The position numbers were made by a program, and so were the translations under genes. Positions 29,034 through 38,642 of a stretch of DNA of 64,000 nucleotides are shown piece after piece. The DNA is from Shigella phage vB_SboS_Gloob, in sequence record OL615011; one strand, given 5' to 3'. The notes under the pieces were generated by a model. The model was not told the DNA's origin, did no database searches, and saw nothing but the letters and a program-made list of their open reading frames with translations. How positions within the stretch are numbered: the stretch's first letter is position 1; each line of letters opens with the position of its first letter.

Positions 29034-31241
29034 TTAAGAAGATGCAGACCATTGTGGCATGCTGAGTGTCCACTTACCAATTGACGTCCAATAAGTAGCA
29101 GTAAATGTAGCAGTCTTAGTTGTGGCAGTATTCGCACCCGTAACATCAACAGGAACACCTGCAAAACTCAAAGATGCAATGTTACTACCACGAACCAACA
29201 TATTAATTTTTTGCCCGTTATACGGTGTTCCAGACACTGTGATATTCAAACCGGAAGTCACATTTAGATAATATAATGCGTATCCCTGTCGGACATCTAT
29301 AGGAAGTGTTCCAGCTGTATATTGTGCAAAGGATTGTGTACCACGGTCTACAGCCAAGCCGTCTGTGTTACCTATTGGGATAACGGTTCCGCCAGGGAAT
29401 GCCCTAGCCCTTGGAATATAGGCGTAACATTGGCTTGCCCCAGAGAAATCAAACCAACGGGTTCTCAGTCCATTATTAGGAGCATGGATCACAGCCCCAA
29501 CACAACCACGACCTCGATACATACAGTCACCGATGGAATGACTATGATTTATACCGGCACAATAAAAGTCCCGGCTTCCTCCGCTTAGGTTGATATCAGC
29601 AATATCATTACGCTCAAAGTACATTCCGTAGACGTTTGTTCCGTCTGCGCTGTCGTAAAGTCCAAACTGACTGGTGTTCTGGCTAAATCCACCTGTAATG
29701 CACACGGCAGATGTGGAAAAGGTATTCACGTAATCGACATCAGTGCTTCCGTCAGTGCTGTTAAAAACTACGATGCCATAATCGCACTTGTTAGCAGGGT
29801 CGCCAGAGTATCCTCGATGGTCTTTAATCGTAATAGCATTCGGGCCATTAAGGACAAACAGACGTTTACCACCTATTCCACCGTTCAAAACCTCAGAGTT
29901 AGATATAATAACCCCATAACTCATAAACTCGATTCTAATTCCGGTGTTTCCTGTTCCTAGCCCCATATCAATCCAAGGGTCGAAAACACCAGTGTTGTTT
30001 CTGGCGCTGTATAAATGCAAGCCGATACAGTTGTTAAACCCAGAAAGGTCAATACGTATATCGTGAGTCTTACAGTTTCGAATAAAGGCGCTATTAACGT
30101 CTAATGAAGAAGCTCGTGCTACAGTGACTCCATCCGCCCCAGCTTTAATTTTTGCATTGGGATGGAAAAATACTTGGGTGTTCTGACCGAATTTAATGGT
30201 TTCTGCTGCCGTTGATACGGTGTAGTCTCCTGCATTGAAATAAATCCCACCACCAGCGGCCAAAATTGTGTTGATTTCCGCGTTGGTCATCGTCGGATAG
30301 ATGTTTTTCAACGGGAAAACGCCGGTTTTAACGGCATAATCATCGAAAATAGTACCACCATACCCGCTGCCAATTAATTTAGTTCCTATATCAGAAGCCA
30401 ATTGGTCACGTAAAGAATTTTGGTCTACTCGTACCCAAGCATCAACATCAATACCACCAGTGGTAACTGGAGTAGATCCGGCTACCACAGTTTTAGGCAG
30501 CGTGCCTGCCCAACGATACAATTTACCTTCTGCCTTATATCCGACAGACTGAGAAGCCGTAATAACAGTAGCACCAGCTTCAAACGTGCCTACCATAGGC
30601 AAACCAGATTCGGCAGCTAATCGACTCAGGATAGGATCGAGAGCACCACTGAAATTACCAGAGGCTTGTTTAAGTGTATTAATCTCCTCTTGCACCGTCT
30701 GCCCAGAAGACGTACCAATCAGACTTGCTCCTCCATCGGAAGAGAGCGCCAGGTAATTTTGTTTGATGGACATCTCGGCCACGACCCAAACCCCAGCCGC
30801 TGGTGAACCTGTAAGGAAACTCACAACTCCTGTTGTGCTATTGTAGGTGTAGTCAACCCCAGGAACCTGGAACTTACCATCGATATACAGGGTCTGCACA
30901 CCATATGTGGTGAAGTCGGGTGTGAACGTTGTTTCGTTGCCAACGGCCTGGAACTTGTAGATTCGGATCCCGTTTTCATAATCTTCTGGGGACAGGATCT
31001 TGTCAAACAGACAGTACACAACGTCTTCTGGTTCAAGAGATCGACCGAGGTTGACAGTGTTACCATCGATTTCATAATTGTCGACAGGAACCTGGACGCC
31101 GCCGTTGATGGTGATGAAGCCCGTAACAGGATAGAACGGGAGGGAGATAAACGTCTCTCCGCCCGTTGCGGTATAAGTGTATGGAATCTGGTGCGGGGCT
31201 GTTACAACCGCTCCAAAGATACTCTCGACGTTTCTGGTCAT
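29034..31241 (-). CDS. tailspike protein with extended N-terminal attachment domain (about 735 aa)
   Basis: Start MTRNVESIFG; WAGTLPKTV motif at about residue 250; beta-helix-like repeats. Confidence 0.7.
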   Translation of the reverse strand: MTRNVESIFGAVVTAPHQIPYTYTATGGETFISLPFYPVTGFITINGGVQVPVDNYEIDGNTVNLGRSLEPEDVVYCLFDKILSPEDYENGIRIYKFQAVGNETTFTPDFTTYGVQTLYIDGKFQVPGVDYTYNSTTGVVSFLTGSPAAGVWVVAEMSIKQNYLALSSDGGASLIGTSSGQTVQEEINTLKQASGNFSGALDPILSRLAAESGLPMVGTFEAGATVITASQSVGYKAEGKLYRWAGTLPKTVVAGSTPVTTGGIDVDAWVRVDQNSLRDQLASDIGTKLIGSGYGGTIFDDYAVKTGVFPLKNIYPTMTNAEINTILAAGGGIYFNAGDYTVSTAAETIKFGQNTQVFFHPNAKIKAGADGVTVARASSLDVNSAFIRNCKTHDIRIDLSGFNNCIGLHLYSARNNTGVFDPWIDMGLGTGNTGIRIEFMSYGVIISNSEVLNGGIGGKRLFVLNGPNAITIKDHRGYSGDPANKCDYGIVVFNSTDGSTDVDYVNTFSTSAVCITGGFSQNTSQFGLYDSADGTNVYGMYFERNDIADINLSGGSRDFYCAGINHSHSIGDCMYRGRGCVGAVIHAPNNGLRTRWFDFSGASQCYAYIPRARAFPGGTVIPIGNTDGLAVDRGTQSFAQYTAGTLPIDVRQGYALYYLNVTSGLNITVSGTPYNGQKINMLVRGSNIASLSFAGVPVDVTGANTATTKTATFTATYWTSIGKWTLSMPQWSASS

Positions 31242-31247
31242 TTGAAG

Positions 31248-31288
31248 ATACCCCATAGAGGATTTGCCAATATGGGGTATTTAGTGAA
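31248..31288 (-). repeat. 41-nt module ATACCCCATAGAGGATTTGCCAATATGGGGTATTTAGTGAA, copy 1 (late promoter plus leader palindrome)
   Basis: Identical to 33467-33507; contains CTAAATACCCC on minus strand and inverted repeat ATACCCCATA / TATGGGGTAT. Confidence 0.75.
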
Positions 31289-31440
31289 TGGATAAGGAGT
31301 CGCAGGACTCCCACTTGTTTTATATGATTACGAATTTACCCAGGCTGATATCGTTAATCAGCGTAGCCACTATGTTTGCCAGTTGGGTGGTTGTTAACGT
31401 GTTCACATGACCACGCAATTGCTGGCTACAACAATGATTG

Positions 31441-33462
31441 TTAGCTTAGATTTAGACTAAACCCACCATTTGACTTGCTTATCATACCACGAACAGTTTT
31501 GTTGCCTCCACCGCTGTATTCGTCATATTGCATTTTGACATTTACAGCGATGTTGGCGTCAATTGAATCCCATCCAGCAAAGTTCAGGAACACATTTCCG
31601 CTAGTGTCTACTGATATTGTTGGCGTGGCGGCTGTTCCTTTTGTGAACGTACTTTGCACTGAACCTTCCATTGTGCTTGCTGCTGGAGTTGTGCCCATCA
31701 CCAATGTTCCCTGCAATCGCCCATGCCATGCGCTAGAAACACCTGAAACCGGGGAGTTGGCTACAACATCAACCGTCCACAAACTTACGTTTCGGTACGT
31801 ACTCACAGTGCCAATTTTAAAATTCCTGGAATCTCCAGCGGCTTTAATGAACAGCATTGAACCCGTAGCGCATTTACTTGAATCAGGCGCTGCACCTACA
31901 GATGCAAAATCAGAGAATGTGCAATTATCAAATTTTACTTTGCTATAATCGGTAGCTGTTAACTTAGCTTCTGGCGCATTAACATTTTCGAATTTAACTC
32001 CGCCATAGTTCGCCACTGCGCCTGTAAGCTGATTGGTATTGACATATACATCACCACCATTCAGCTTTCGGACCACCAGGTCACGACAGATAAATCCGTT
32101 AATAGAATCTCCCGACGTCCAGTTGTCGTTGGTGTTGAAGTTAAAGAACCATGCATGGTTACCAGAGTCTCCGCCGCCAAGTTCTATGCGTCCGGTGATC
32201 ACAATATTTGAATAACCATATCCACGCGGGTTATTATCTGCTACAGACTCGTCAATCAGCTTTGTTGCGCCAATAACACTTCCCCAATTCCCCCCGACGA
32301 CATCATAATTGATGGTTATGTTACGCATCAGTCCGGCAATCATCGTCTCTGTTATGGTGCTGTCCCAACCCCAATCCAGCCATATTGGTGCTACGCGGTA
32401 CGGAAGCGTGTAACGCCCTGTGCTACGATATTTGTAATTGACTGTAAGATTAGATATTTGATTATCCATGTTACCGTTATAGAAATACATTTTGATTGGC
32501 GTACCCTGTTGAGTATCAATGGCATCAACAGTTATCTGGCCACCACCACAATTGTTCGTCAGAAAGAAATCACGACGGCAACCATTATTAACTGTATGGA
32601 TGTCAACTACACCAACATTACCAAGGAGATGTGGATAGCGAGTGTCATTGTTCACACTGCGAGCAAAAAGATTTTTTACATTAGTACATTCGTAGCCCTG
32701 ATAGCACTTGTTAGTCTTGCCAATAAATGTGAAATTATTGCATCCATTCAGGCGCAGCGGGGTTAGTCCGCGTTTGTCATCACCGACATACTCAAGGGTG
32801 GAAGAAGCATCCACTTCAAACACCAGATTGGTGATATTCGTCAGGTCGAACACGCGCGTCAGGTCAAATGCACCGGAGTAAAGCAGGGTGTCCCTGATAA
32901 CCAGTCCGCGAATTTCAAGGCAGTCCATATTACTTAAAGTAAAGATGGTACTAAGACCGCCACTACCAGGACCAAAGTTCACAACCTGGTCAAAAATAAT
33001 TTCAACACTTTTTAGGTTGTTAGACGTGATGTAAGACTGTAAAGATTGCAGTGTACCGAATCGGGAGAAGTAAAGGACACGTTTGTTTACAACCGAATCA
33101 AGAGCATCTTTTACTGTAGATGATTCGTATCCGACAAGACTTGCCTTTTCACCCGTCAGCAGTTCAGAACCCAGCGTTTTGCTTTCAACGCTAACCCATG
33201 CTGAAGATGATACACCACCAGTTGATTGTGGTGTTGAGTTTTTGTCTACAGTCTTGGGCAAAGACCCACCCCAGGTATAACACTGGGCACCATTGATGTG
33301 CCACACGGCGTCGGTTGCGGTCGTTACAGTAGCACCGTCTTCAAAACTACCTTCGACCAAATTAAGACCCGATTCCAACAAAGCCCGCCGCCACAATTCG
33401 CGCGGGTTTTTGTTGATTTCTTTGGCTGTTGAACCTTTCGGCTGATTGAATTGCGGATTCAT
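31441..33462 (-). CDS. tailspike protein (about 673 aa)
   Basis: Start MNPQFNQPKGS; WGGSLPKTV motif; beta-helix-like. Confidence 0.7.
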   Translation of the reverse strand: MNPQFNQPKGSTAKEINKNPRELWRRALLESGLNLVEGSFEDGATVTTATDAVWHINGAQCYTWGGSLPKTVDKNSTPQSTGGVSSSAWVSVESKTLGSELLTGEKASLVGYESSTVKDALDSVVNKRVLYFSRFGTLQSLQSYITSNNLKSVEIIFDQVVNFGPGSGGLSTIFTLSNMDCLEIRGLVIRDTLLYSGAFDLTRVFDLTNITNLVFEVDASSTLEYVGDDKRGLTPLRLNGCNNFTFIGKTNKCYQGYECTNVKNLFARSVNNDTRYPHLLGNVGVVDIHTVNNGCRRDFFLTNNCGGGQITVDAIDTQQGTPIKMYFYNGNMDNQISNLTVNYKYRSTGRYTLPYRVAPIWLDWGWDSTITETMIAGLMRNITINYDVVGGNWGSVIGATKLIDESVADNNPRGYGYSNIVITGRIELGGGDSGNHAWFFNFNTNDNWTSGDSINGFICRDLVVRKLNGGDVYVNTNQLTGAVANYGGVKFENVNAPEAKLTATDYSKVKFDNCTFSDFASVGAAPDSSKCATGSMLFIKAAGDSRNFKIGTVSTYRNVSLWTVDVVANSPVSGVSSAWHGRLQGTLVMGTTPAASTMEGSVQSTFTKGTAATPTISVDTSGNVFLNFAGWDSIDANIAVNVKMQYDEYSGGGNKTVRGMISKSNGGFSLNLS

Positions 33463-33466
33463 GATA

Positions 33467-33507
33467 ATACCCCATAGAGGATTTGCCAATATGGGGTATT
33501 TAGTGAA
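33467..33507 (-). repeat. 41-nt promoter/leader module, copy 2
   Basis: Identical to 31248-31288. Confidence 0.75.
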
Positions 33508-33518
33508 ACATTTTACCG

Positions 33519-36500
33519 CTACACGTATACAATGCGCATTATTGCGTTCGTTCCGGCCTCAACAATTGATGTGACAGAACCAATTTTTACGCCAGTCGAA
33601 TCAGTAATTCTTACTACCCCGTCCACATTGTCAATCTTTGAATTAACAGTCTGGTTAATCTGTATGGCATTCACTTTGTTTGAGGATATTTCGCTTGCAA
33701 CCAGAGTACCAGTGGTCATGACTATACCCACAGAAGAACTTCCCTGGTTTAATACAGCGTCACGGATAATGGCTTTGGTGACATTTCCACCAAACTGAAT
33801 ATCTGCAGACGTAGTTGATGCCTGATTAATACGTTTTACACCAGATATTGTGATCAAAGATATTACACCTGAAGTGATGTCCAAGGAAATAGCACCTTTG
33901 TTCGTGGCTGGACTGGACAAGGAAATATCAGACAAGTGAACAACGCCAATGGTATTCCCAGCCCTTTGTTGAAAACGAATACCGCCGCTGTATCCTTGTC
34001 CGTATATCCCATTTATATGGGCATACGGAACGTTACCCAGCGCGTCGCGAATCGCAACTACATATTCAGCACCTTCGGACCATATATTTGTTGCGTTAAC
34101 TTGTCCTGAGTTTATCAACAAACCCGCACCGATCCCCGCCAATGTGTCAGAACCTGTGCGCTCTGTATTCAAGAACAGATTGCTAACATGGTTTAGGCCA
34201 TACGCACAATCAACTCCATTCGATATGCGTCCGCGTCCTGTGATCGATTCCGCCCACCCATTTTCACCATATAAACTAACGATAGAATACATGGCCGTGT
34301 CTGTGGTATCGCAAACTGCGTTAACAATCTTAACTGAAACATCATTGGCTTGAATTTTAACAGCACGTTTACGAACGTTGTAACAATCAATGTCTTCGAC
34401 GCGAATATTCTTTGCGCTCAACATCGTCGAGGTCGAGTCATATATCTGTACAACGACCCCATCACAATCTTCAAATGGAGCCAATTCGCGAACACGTATT
34501 GATTTGATCAAACCACTGGAAACTGTGGATTGCGTCGGCGCAGGATCGAGTGCTGTTCCGACGATAATGCCACGACATGGGCCATCCGCATCCCCTTGTG
34601 AGCCGTTCGCAACTGAAGTCAGGTTACGAATAGTCACATCATAAACCAAAAAATCTGTGATACCATTAGCATCGACAAATATCCCGTTGGCATTGGTTGC
34701 TCCTGTGCTGTCAAATACTTCAACAGAAACAACTCGAGGTCTAGAAGATCCCGTTTTAAGGTGAACGGCGCGGCGAATTGCTTTGTTATTACAATTCACC
34801 TTTACGTCCCGTAGAGTTGTAGAATTTACGGTTACAAACGAACCAGTATCACCCAATGCTACAACTTCACCATTGAATAATTTCTTGACAATATTCAAGC
34901 TAGAAACAGGAACGGCATATCCGTTCAAATCAACATCGAGTCCAAATTCCATGATGGCTTCGATGGATTCTTTTGCATCAGCAAGTCCCGTGGTATACAC
35001 ACCAGGCCAGCGCAGCTTACCACCATTGGGTAATAATTTGTACGAATTGGAATTGTAAGTCAGATACAAATGAGAACTCTGAACTGAAAATCCTTCAGAA
35101 AGACCCGTCACCGAAGTATCCAAGACGTAAACTTCGCCAGAAATGATTATGGTTTCAAACGCTTCGGTATCCATTTCTTGCCCAGCGTGAACCCCGCCAC
35201 CAATATAGTTGATCCCTACACTGGAACCCAAGAGACTAGACAAATGGTCTGCAGAGCCCAAGTATGGTATCAAAGTCACAACGACGTCACCAGGAGCATA
35301 CGTCAGGGTGCTACCGCTGACAGACACGATAGAAGCGCCCGTTGGAATGCCCGCAGGTAAACCCCAAATCTTCTGAGCAACTACATCGTAAATGATCGTC
35401 TTGCCGCCCAATTTGGTCACAGTATCCGAAGTCATGATCACCTGGGAAAGAGGGACATTGGTTGCCCGCGCCACTTCGTTTGGTGTGCGGTCAATCTGAT
35501 TGTACAGTGTTGGATCACCATTAATGACGACAACAACCTCATCACCAGCTTCGAGTTCGTCGGCCAGCGTGATGATCTTCGTAACAGAGTCATAAGTGAA
35601 GCCCAGGCCTTTCTGCTGGCGGGATCCATCGATAAAGATCTCAGAAACATCTTCGGCATCCACGTCCAACTCAATCTCAGTTTCACCACCCACAGCTGAT
35701 CCACTATTGTAGATCCAAGTGATAACCGTACCACCACCCGCACCGCCGGAGCCATTGCCCAACTGGATCGGGACGTATTGGATGACCTGCAGCTCGGAAC
35801 CTGATGGGATTGATGGACTGAAGTCGACATTGAAACCATTGAGGGAATACTTTGACTCTAGCAGGCGCTTCCCGTCAACATACACATCAACAATGGACGG
35901 CTGTGTGGTGAGAGTTACCTGAGCTGTGTCTGATGCAACTGTCTCAGTGAAGATGGTACGACTGTAAACGCGCCCCTGACCAAGACCGACGCCAGCAGTC
36001 ACAATCCAACCACGCGCGTCTCCAGACCAGGTAAAGGTCGCAGACACGCTATCGGTGGAGAGAGTCATAGGCTCTACAGAGCCGTACATTGGGCGACCAT
36101 TTGGGTCAATGGTCAGAGGATACAGGGAGAACTTTCCATACAAGTCACAGACTGTAACAGAATCACCAATGCGCGTAGGGGAAGGAAACACCACCGTAGA
36201 GACGCCCGTGGAGTTGTCTACCAGATAGCCTCGCCCTTCAGTGAGCGTTGCCGTAGAGGCATGCGGAAGGGCTTCCCAGCGAATACCACCGCCACCCAGC
36301 GGCATCCATCCACCATTTTCGTAGAAGCCCTCAAATTCGTCGGAGTCGGCATTGTAGCGAACAGAAGACGGGAGACCTGCGCTGGCATTACCCTCGGGTA
36401 AAGTCAGGACAGCATCTGGTCCATGCTCAATCGTACCCGTGTTGAGGATACCAGCCAAAGTAGACTGCTCTTCAGCCACCAGACCGAGAGGGAAAACAGG

Positions 36501-36521
36501 CTGTGTTGGTTTATTAGCCAT
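33519..36521 (-). CDS. large tailspike / branch-anchor protein (about 1000 aa)
   Basis: Start MANKPTQPVF; long N-terminal region then beta-helix-like C-terminal part; first gene of the array. Confidence 0.65.
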   Translation of the reverse strand: MANKPTQPVFPLGLVAEEQSTLAGILNTGTIEHGPDAVLTLPEGNASAGLPSSVRYNADSDEFEGFYENGGWMPLGGGGIRWEALPHASTATLTEGRGYLVDNSTGVSTVVFPSPTRIGDSVTVCDLYGKFSLYPLTIDPNGRPMYGSVEPMTLSTDSVSATFTWSGDARGWIVTAGVGLGQGRVYSRTIFTETVASDTAQVTLTTQPSIVDVYVDGKRLLESKYSLNGFNVDFSPSIPSGSELQVIQYVPIQLGNGSGGAGGGTVITWIYNSGSAVGGETEIELDVDAEDVSEIFIDGSRQQKGLGFTYDSVTKIITLADELEAGDEVVVVINGDPTLYNQIDRTPNEVARATNVPLSQVIMTSDTVTKLGGKTIIYDVVAQKIWGLPAGIPTGASIVSVSGSTLTYAPGDVVVTLIPYLGSADHLSSLLGSSVGINYIGGGVHAGQEMDTEAFETIIISGEVYVLDTSVTGLSEGFSVQSSHLYLTYNSNSYKLLPNGGKLRWPGVYTTGLADAKESIEAIMEFGLDVDLNGYAVPVSSLNIVKKLFNGEVVALGDTGSFVTVNSTTLRDVKVNCNNKAIRRAVHLKTGSSRPRVVSVEVFDSTGATNANGIFVDANGITDFLVYDVTIRNLTSVANGSQGDADGPCRGIIVGTALDPAPTQSTVSSGLIKSIRVRELAPFEDCDGVVVQIYDSTSTMLSAKNIRVEDIDCYNVRKRAVKIQANDVSVKIVNAVCDTTDTAMYSIVSLYGENGWAESITGRGRISNGVDCAYGLNHVSNLFLNTERTGSDTLAGIGAGLLINSGQVNATNIWSEGAEYVVAIRDALGNVPYAHINGIYGQGYSGGIRFQQRAGNTIGVVHLSDISLSSPATNKGAISLDITSGVISLITISGVKRINQASTTSADIQFGGNVTKAIIRDAVLNQGSSSVGIVMTTGTLVASEISSNKVNAIQINQTVNSKIDNVDGVVRITDSTGVKIGSVTSIVEAGTNAIMRIVYV

Positions 36522-36554
36522 TTCAAATACCCCTAAATGTGTTCGTTTCATCTA

Positions 36555-36565
36555 GGGGTATTTAG
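36555..36565 (-). promoter_or_regulatory. late promoter motif CTAAATACCCC with downstream palindrome
   Basis: Exact motif about 30 nt upstream of ATG 36521. Confidence 0.5.
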
Positions 36566-36573
36566 TTTTCACT

Positions 36574-37785
36574 TTAGAAAGAAGCGACTAGATTGTAGTC
36601 AACGGAGCAAGCAGTCGTCGTGTTCGCATTTGTTATCGTCAAACGAAGTTTTGAAGACACTACAGAACCCGCGAATGTCACCGTACCGGAAGTGGACTTC
36701 TGAATCAACAACTCCGACTTGATAGTCCCGTCACGAGTGATCGTCACTCGATACGTATCCACGACGTTGCCCGTACCCCATTGCGCGCTAATCAACACCT
36801 GGCAAAGGTTCACCAAGTCGAAGTCAGGCAATGCCGAGTTACCAGAAGCAGAGATAGTGATACTGCTTAGGTTGGTCTTCCCGATCTTTACACGGGCGGC
36901 AATGTCGGCGTCCAGGCTCGTCATTTTGGCGTTGTAGGTCGATGTGTTGACCTTTCCAGACAACGTGGTATTGATCGTGCCGATATCACTCTGAATGCCG
37001 CTGATGGAACTGTCCAACGCCGCCATCTTCGTGTTATACGTACTGACGTTCACTTTGTTGTTCGTCAGATCCAGTATACTGGTGTCCAGGCTAGACATCT
37101 TGGAGTTGTAAGTCGACGTGTTGACCTTCGCAGCCAGAGTGGTGTTGACAGTGTTGAACTGAGACTGGATATCCAACATATCGGCATCATATTCAACAAC
37201 CTTCAGATACGCGTTGAAACGCGTATCATTGAAGATAGAAGTCACAAACGCAGATGTGTCGTACTTGACAGTGTCGGTTCCACTCACCAGTAACATGGTA
37301 GTTGGCACACCAGTACCAGAGTAAGTGGTCAGATTTGTGCCATCGAAAGTGAGTTTGTTGTAGCCGCCAGATAACAACTCGATTTTCAGACCAGAGTTAA
37401 CCCCGGCAGTGTCTTCACTCACGCCGTGCTTGCGCAGCATAGACAGATTGACGCCATCAGTGGAATCAACTGGCTCATCTGCGATGGTAAGTTTCTTCCC
37501 CGTAGGGATACTGACACCAGCATTGGCTCGGATTTCTGCGGCAAAAGTCTTCCGCCCGTTGATAGTTTGTTCCCCGCCGTCGGTGCGAATCACCTTATTA
37601 TCCAACGTGTCGTAGATGTTATCCACAGAACGCTTCAGTTCATACGTCAAACGAGCAGACGGTGGAAACAGAGGATCGTTCACCGCAAAGTCGTCGATGA
37701 CATCGTTCTTGCTTACTTTATCGTCAACAGAAGAAAGGATTTCATCAATCTGCTGACCTGTGTATTGACTCAGAAAATCGGCCAT
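36574..37785 (-). CDS. tail fibre-like protein with internal tandem repeats (403 aa)
   Basis: AAGGAG SD; three about 25-aa repeats (KVNTSTYNSKMSSLD, KVNVSTYNTKMAALD, KVNTSTYNAKMTSLD). Confidence 0.55.
   Translation of the reverse strand: MADFLSQYTGQQIDEILSSVDDKVSKNDVIDDFAVNDPLFPPSARLTYELKRSVDNIYDTLDNKVIRTDGGEQTINGRKTFAAEIRANAGVSIPTGKKLTIADEPVDSTDGVNLSMLRKHGVSEDTAGVNSGLKIELLSGGYNKLTFDGTNLTTYSGTGVPTTMLLVSGTDTVKYDTSAFVTSIFNDTRFNAYLKVVEYDADMLDIQSQFNTVNTTLAAKVNTSTYNSKMSSLDTSILDLTNNKVNVSTYNTKMAALDSSISGIQSDIGTINTTLSGKVNTSTYNAKMTSLDADIAARVKIGKTNLSSITISASGNSALPDFDLVNLCQVLISAQWGTGNVVDTYRVTITRDGTIKSELLIQKSTSGTVTFAGSVVSSKLRLTITNANTTTACSVDYNLVASF
36880..37200 (-). repeat. about 75-nt imperfect tandem repeats inside the fibre gene
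   Basis: Repeated GTTGACCTT / GTCGA(C/T)GTG units encoding the repeated peptide. Confidence 0.5.
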
Positions 37786-37787
37786 TT

Positions 37788-38642
37788 TTAACTCCTTGAA
37801 CTTTCCAGGAATACAGTAAACCCAGCAGGATGGAAATGCTGACGGAAGACGCGCTCAAACACACCTTCAAAATCAGATACGTCGCCAGGAACTCTTATCA
37901 CATACGTGAATTCATCATAGTAGTAATCGTCACGCATTCCTGTCGCGCCGTCACATTCAAAGTTATCGTCCAGACCACCAATTTCTTCCTTGGGATAGTA
38001 CACACTCACAGGGCAACCAAAATAAATCCAGAAAAACAATTCAATCGCTTTCTTCGTCCCACGAATGCGATAAATGTGTTTAAGCAACTTCAACCAGCGG
38101 ACATGGTCCAGCGTTCGACGTTTGGTTCCCTCGACATACACAGAGAGCGTGTCTCCGTCTGAAGTCACCAAACTGTCCGAACCAACTGGCACAAACTTCC
38201 CGAACTCCAGGAAGGTCTTATCAACCGTTCTCTGGAATCCAAAATCAGCATACCAATCGTCGATGCGTTCGTTCTTGTCTTCCATTGAGATTAATGGCCG
38301 ACCGTCTACATCCAGCAAATTTTCGAAGTCTAGCGCCATCATGTTCTCAAACGTGCGCGTCAGGAACTTGTCTTCCAAGAAGTCCTTGGCCTCGGTCCCT
38401 GGTGTCTTGCGCTTCTTGATGTCAATCAGCTGCTCAATAGGAGATTGATCCGTATTTGGGTTCACCCAACCATCAGTGTCTGCCAGATACGCCAAGATCT
38501 CCTCTTCGGTGAATCCCTGCTGGCGATACAGCCAGTTGAAGAACGTGTCCATGAACTCGATGAACACTGGGAATTCATTCTGGTAGAACAATGGGGTTTC
38601 ATATTTCACCCCATTGTGTCCGTTATTGAGATCTTTGGACAT
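37788..38642 (-). CDS. baseplate-associated protein candidate (284 aa)
   Basis: Position between gp6-like gene and fibre gene; by position only. Confidence 0.35.
   Translation of the reverse strand: MSKDLNNGHNGVKYETPLFYQNEFPVFIEFMDTFFNWLYRQQGFTEEEILAYLADTDGWVNPNTDQSPIEQLIDIKKRKTPGTEAKDFLEDKFLTRTFENMMALDFENLLDVDGRPLISMEDKNERIDDWYADFGFQRTVDKTFLEFGKFVPVGSDSLVTSDGDTLSVYVEGTKRRTLDHVRWLKLLKHIYRIRGTKKAIELFFWIYFGCPVSVYYPKEEIGGLDDNFECDGATGMRDDYYYDEFTYVIRVPGDVSDFEGVFERVFRQHFHPAGFTVFLESSRS

Noticed and set aside
36537-36551. Upstream in-frame ATG of the large tailspike gene (track start 36551, MKRTHLGVFE...)
   Set aside because: That ATG lies within the late promoter-palindrome; the start at 36521 (MANKPTQ) is downstream of it
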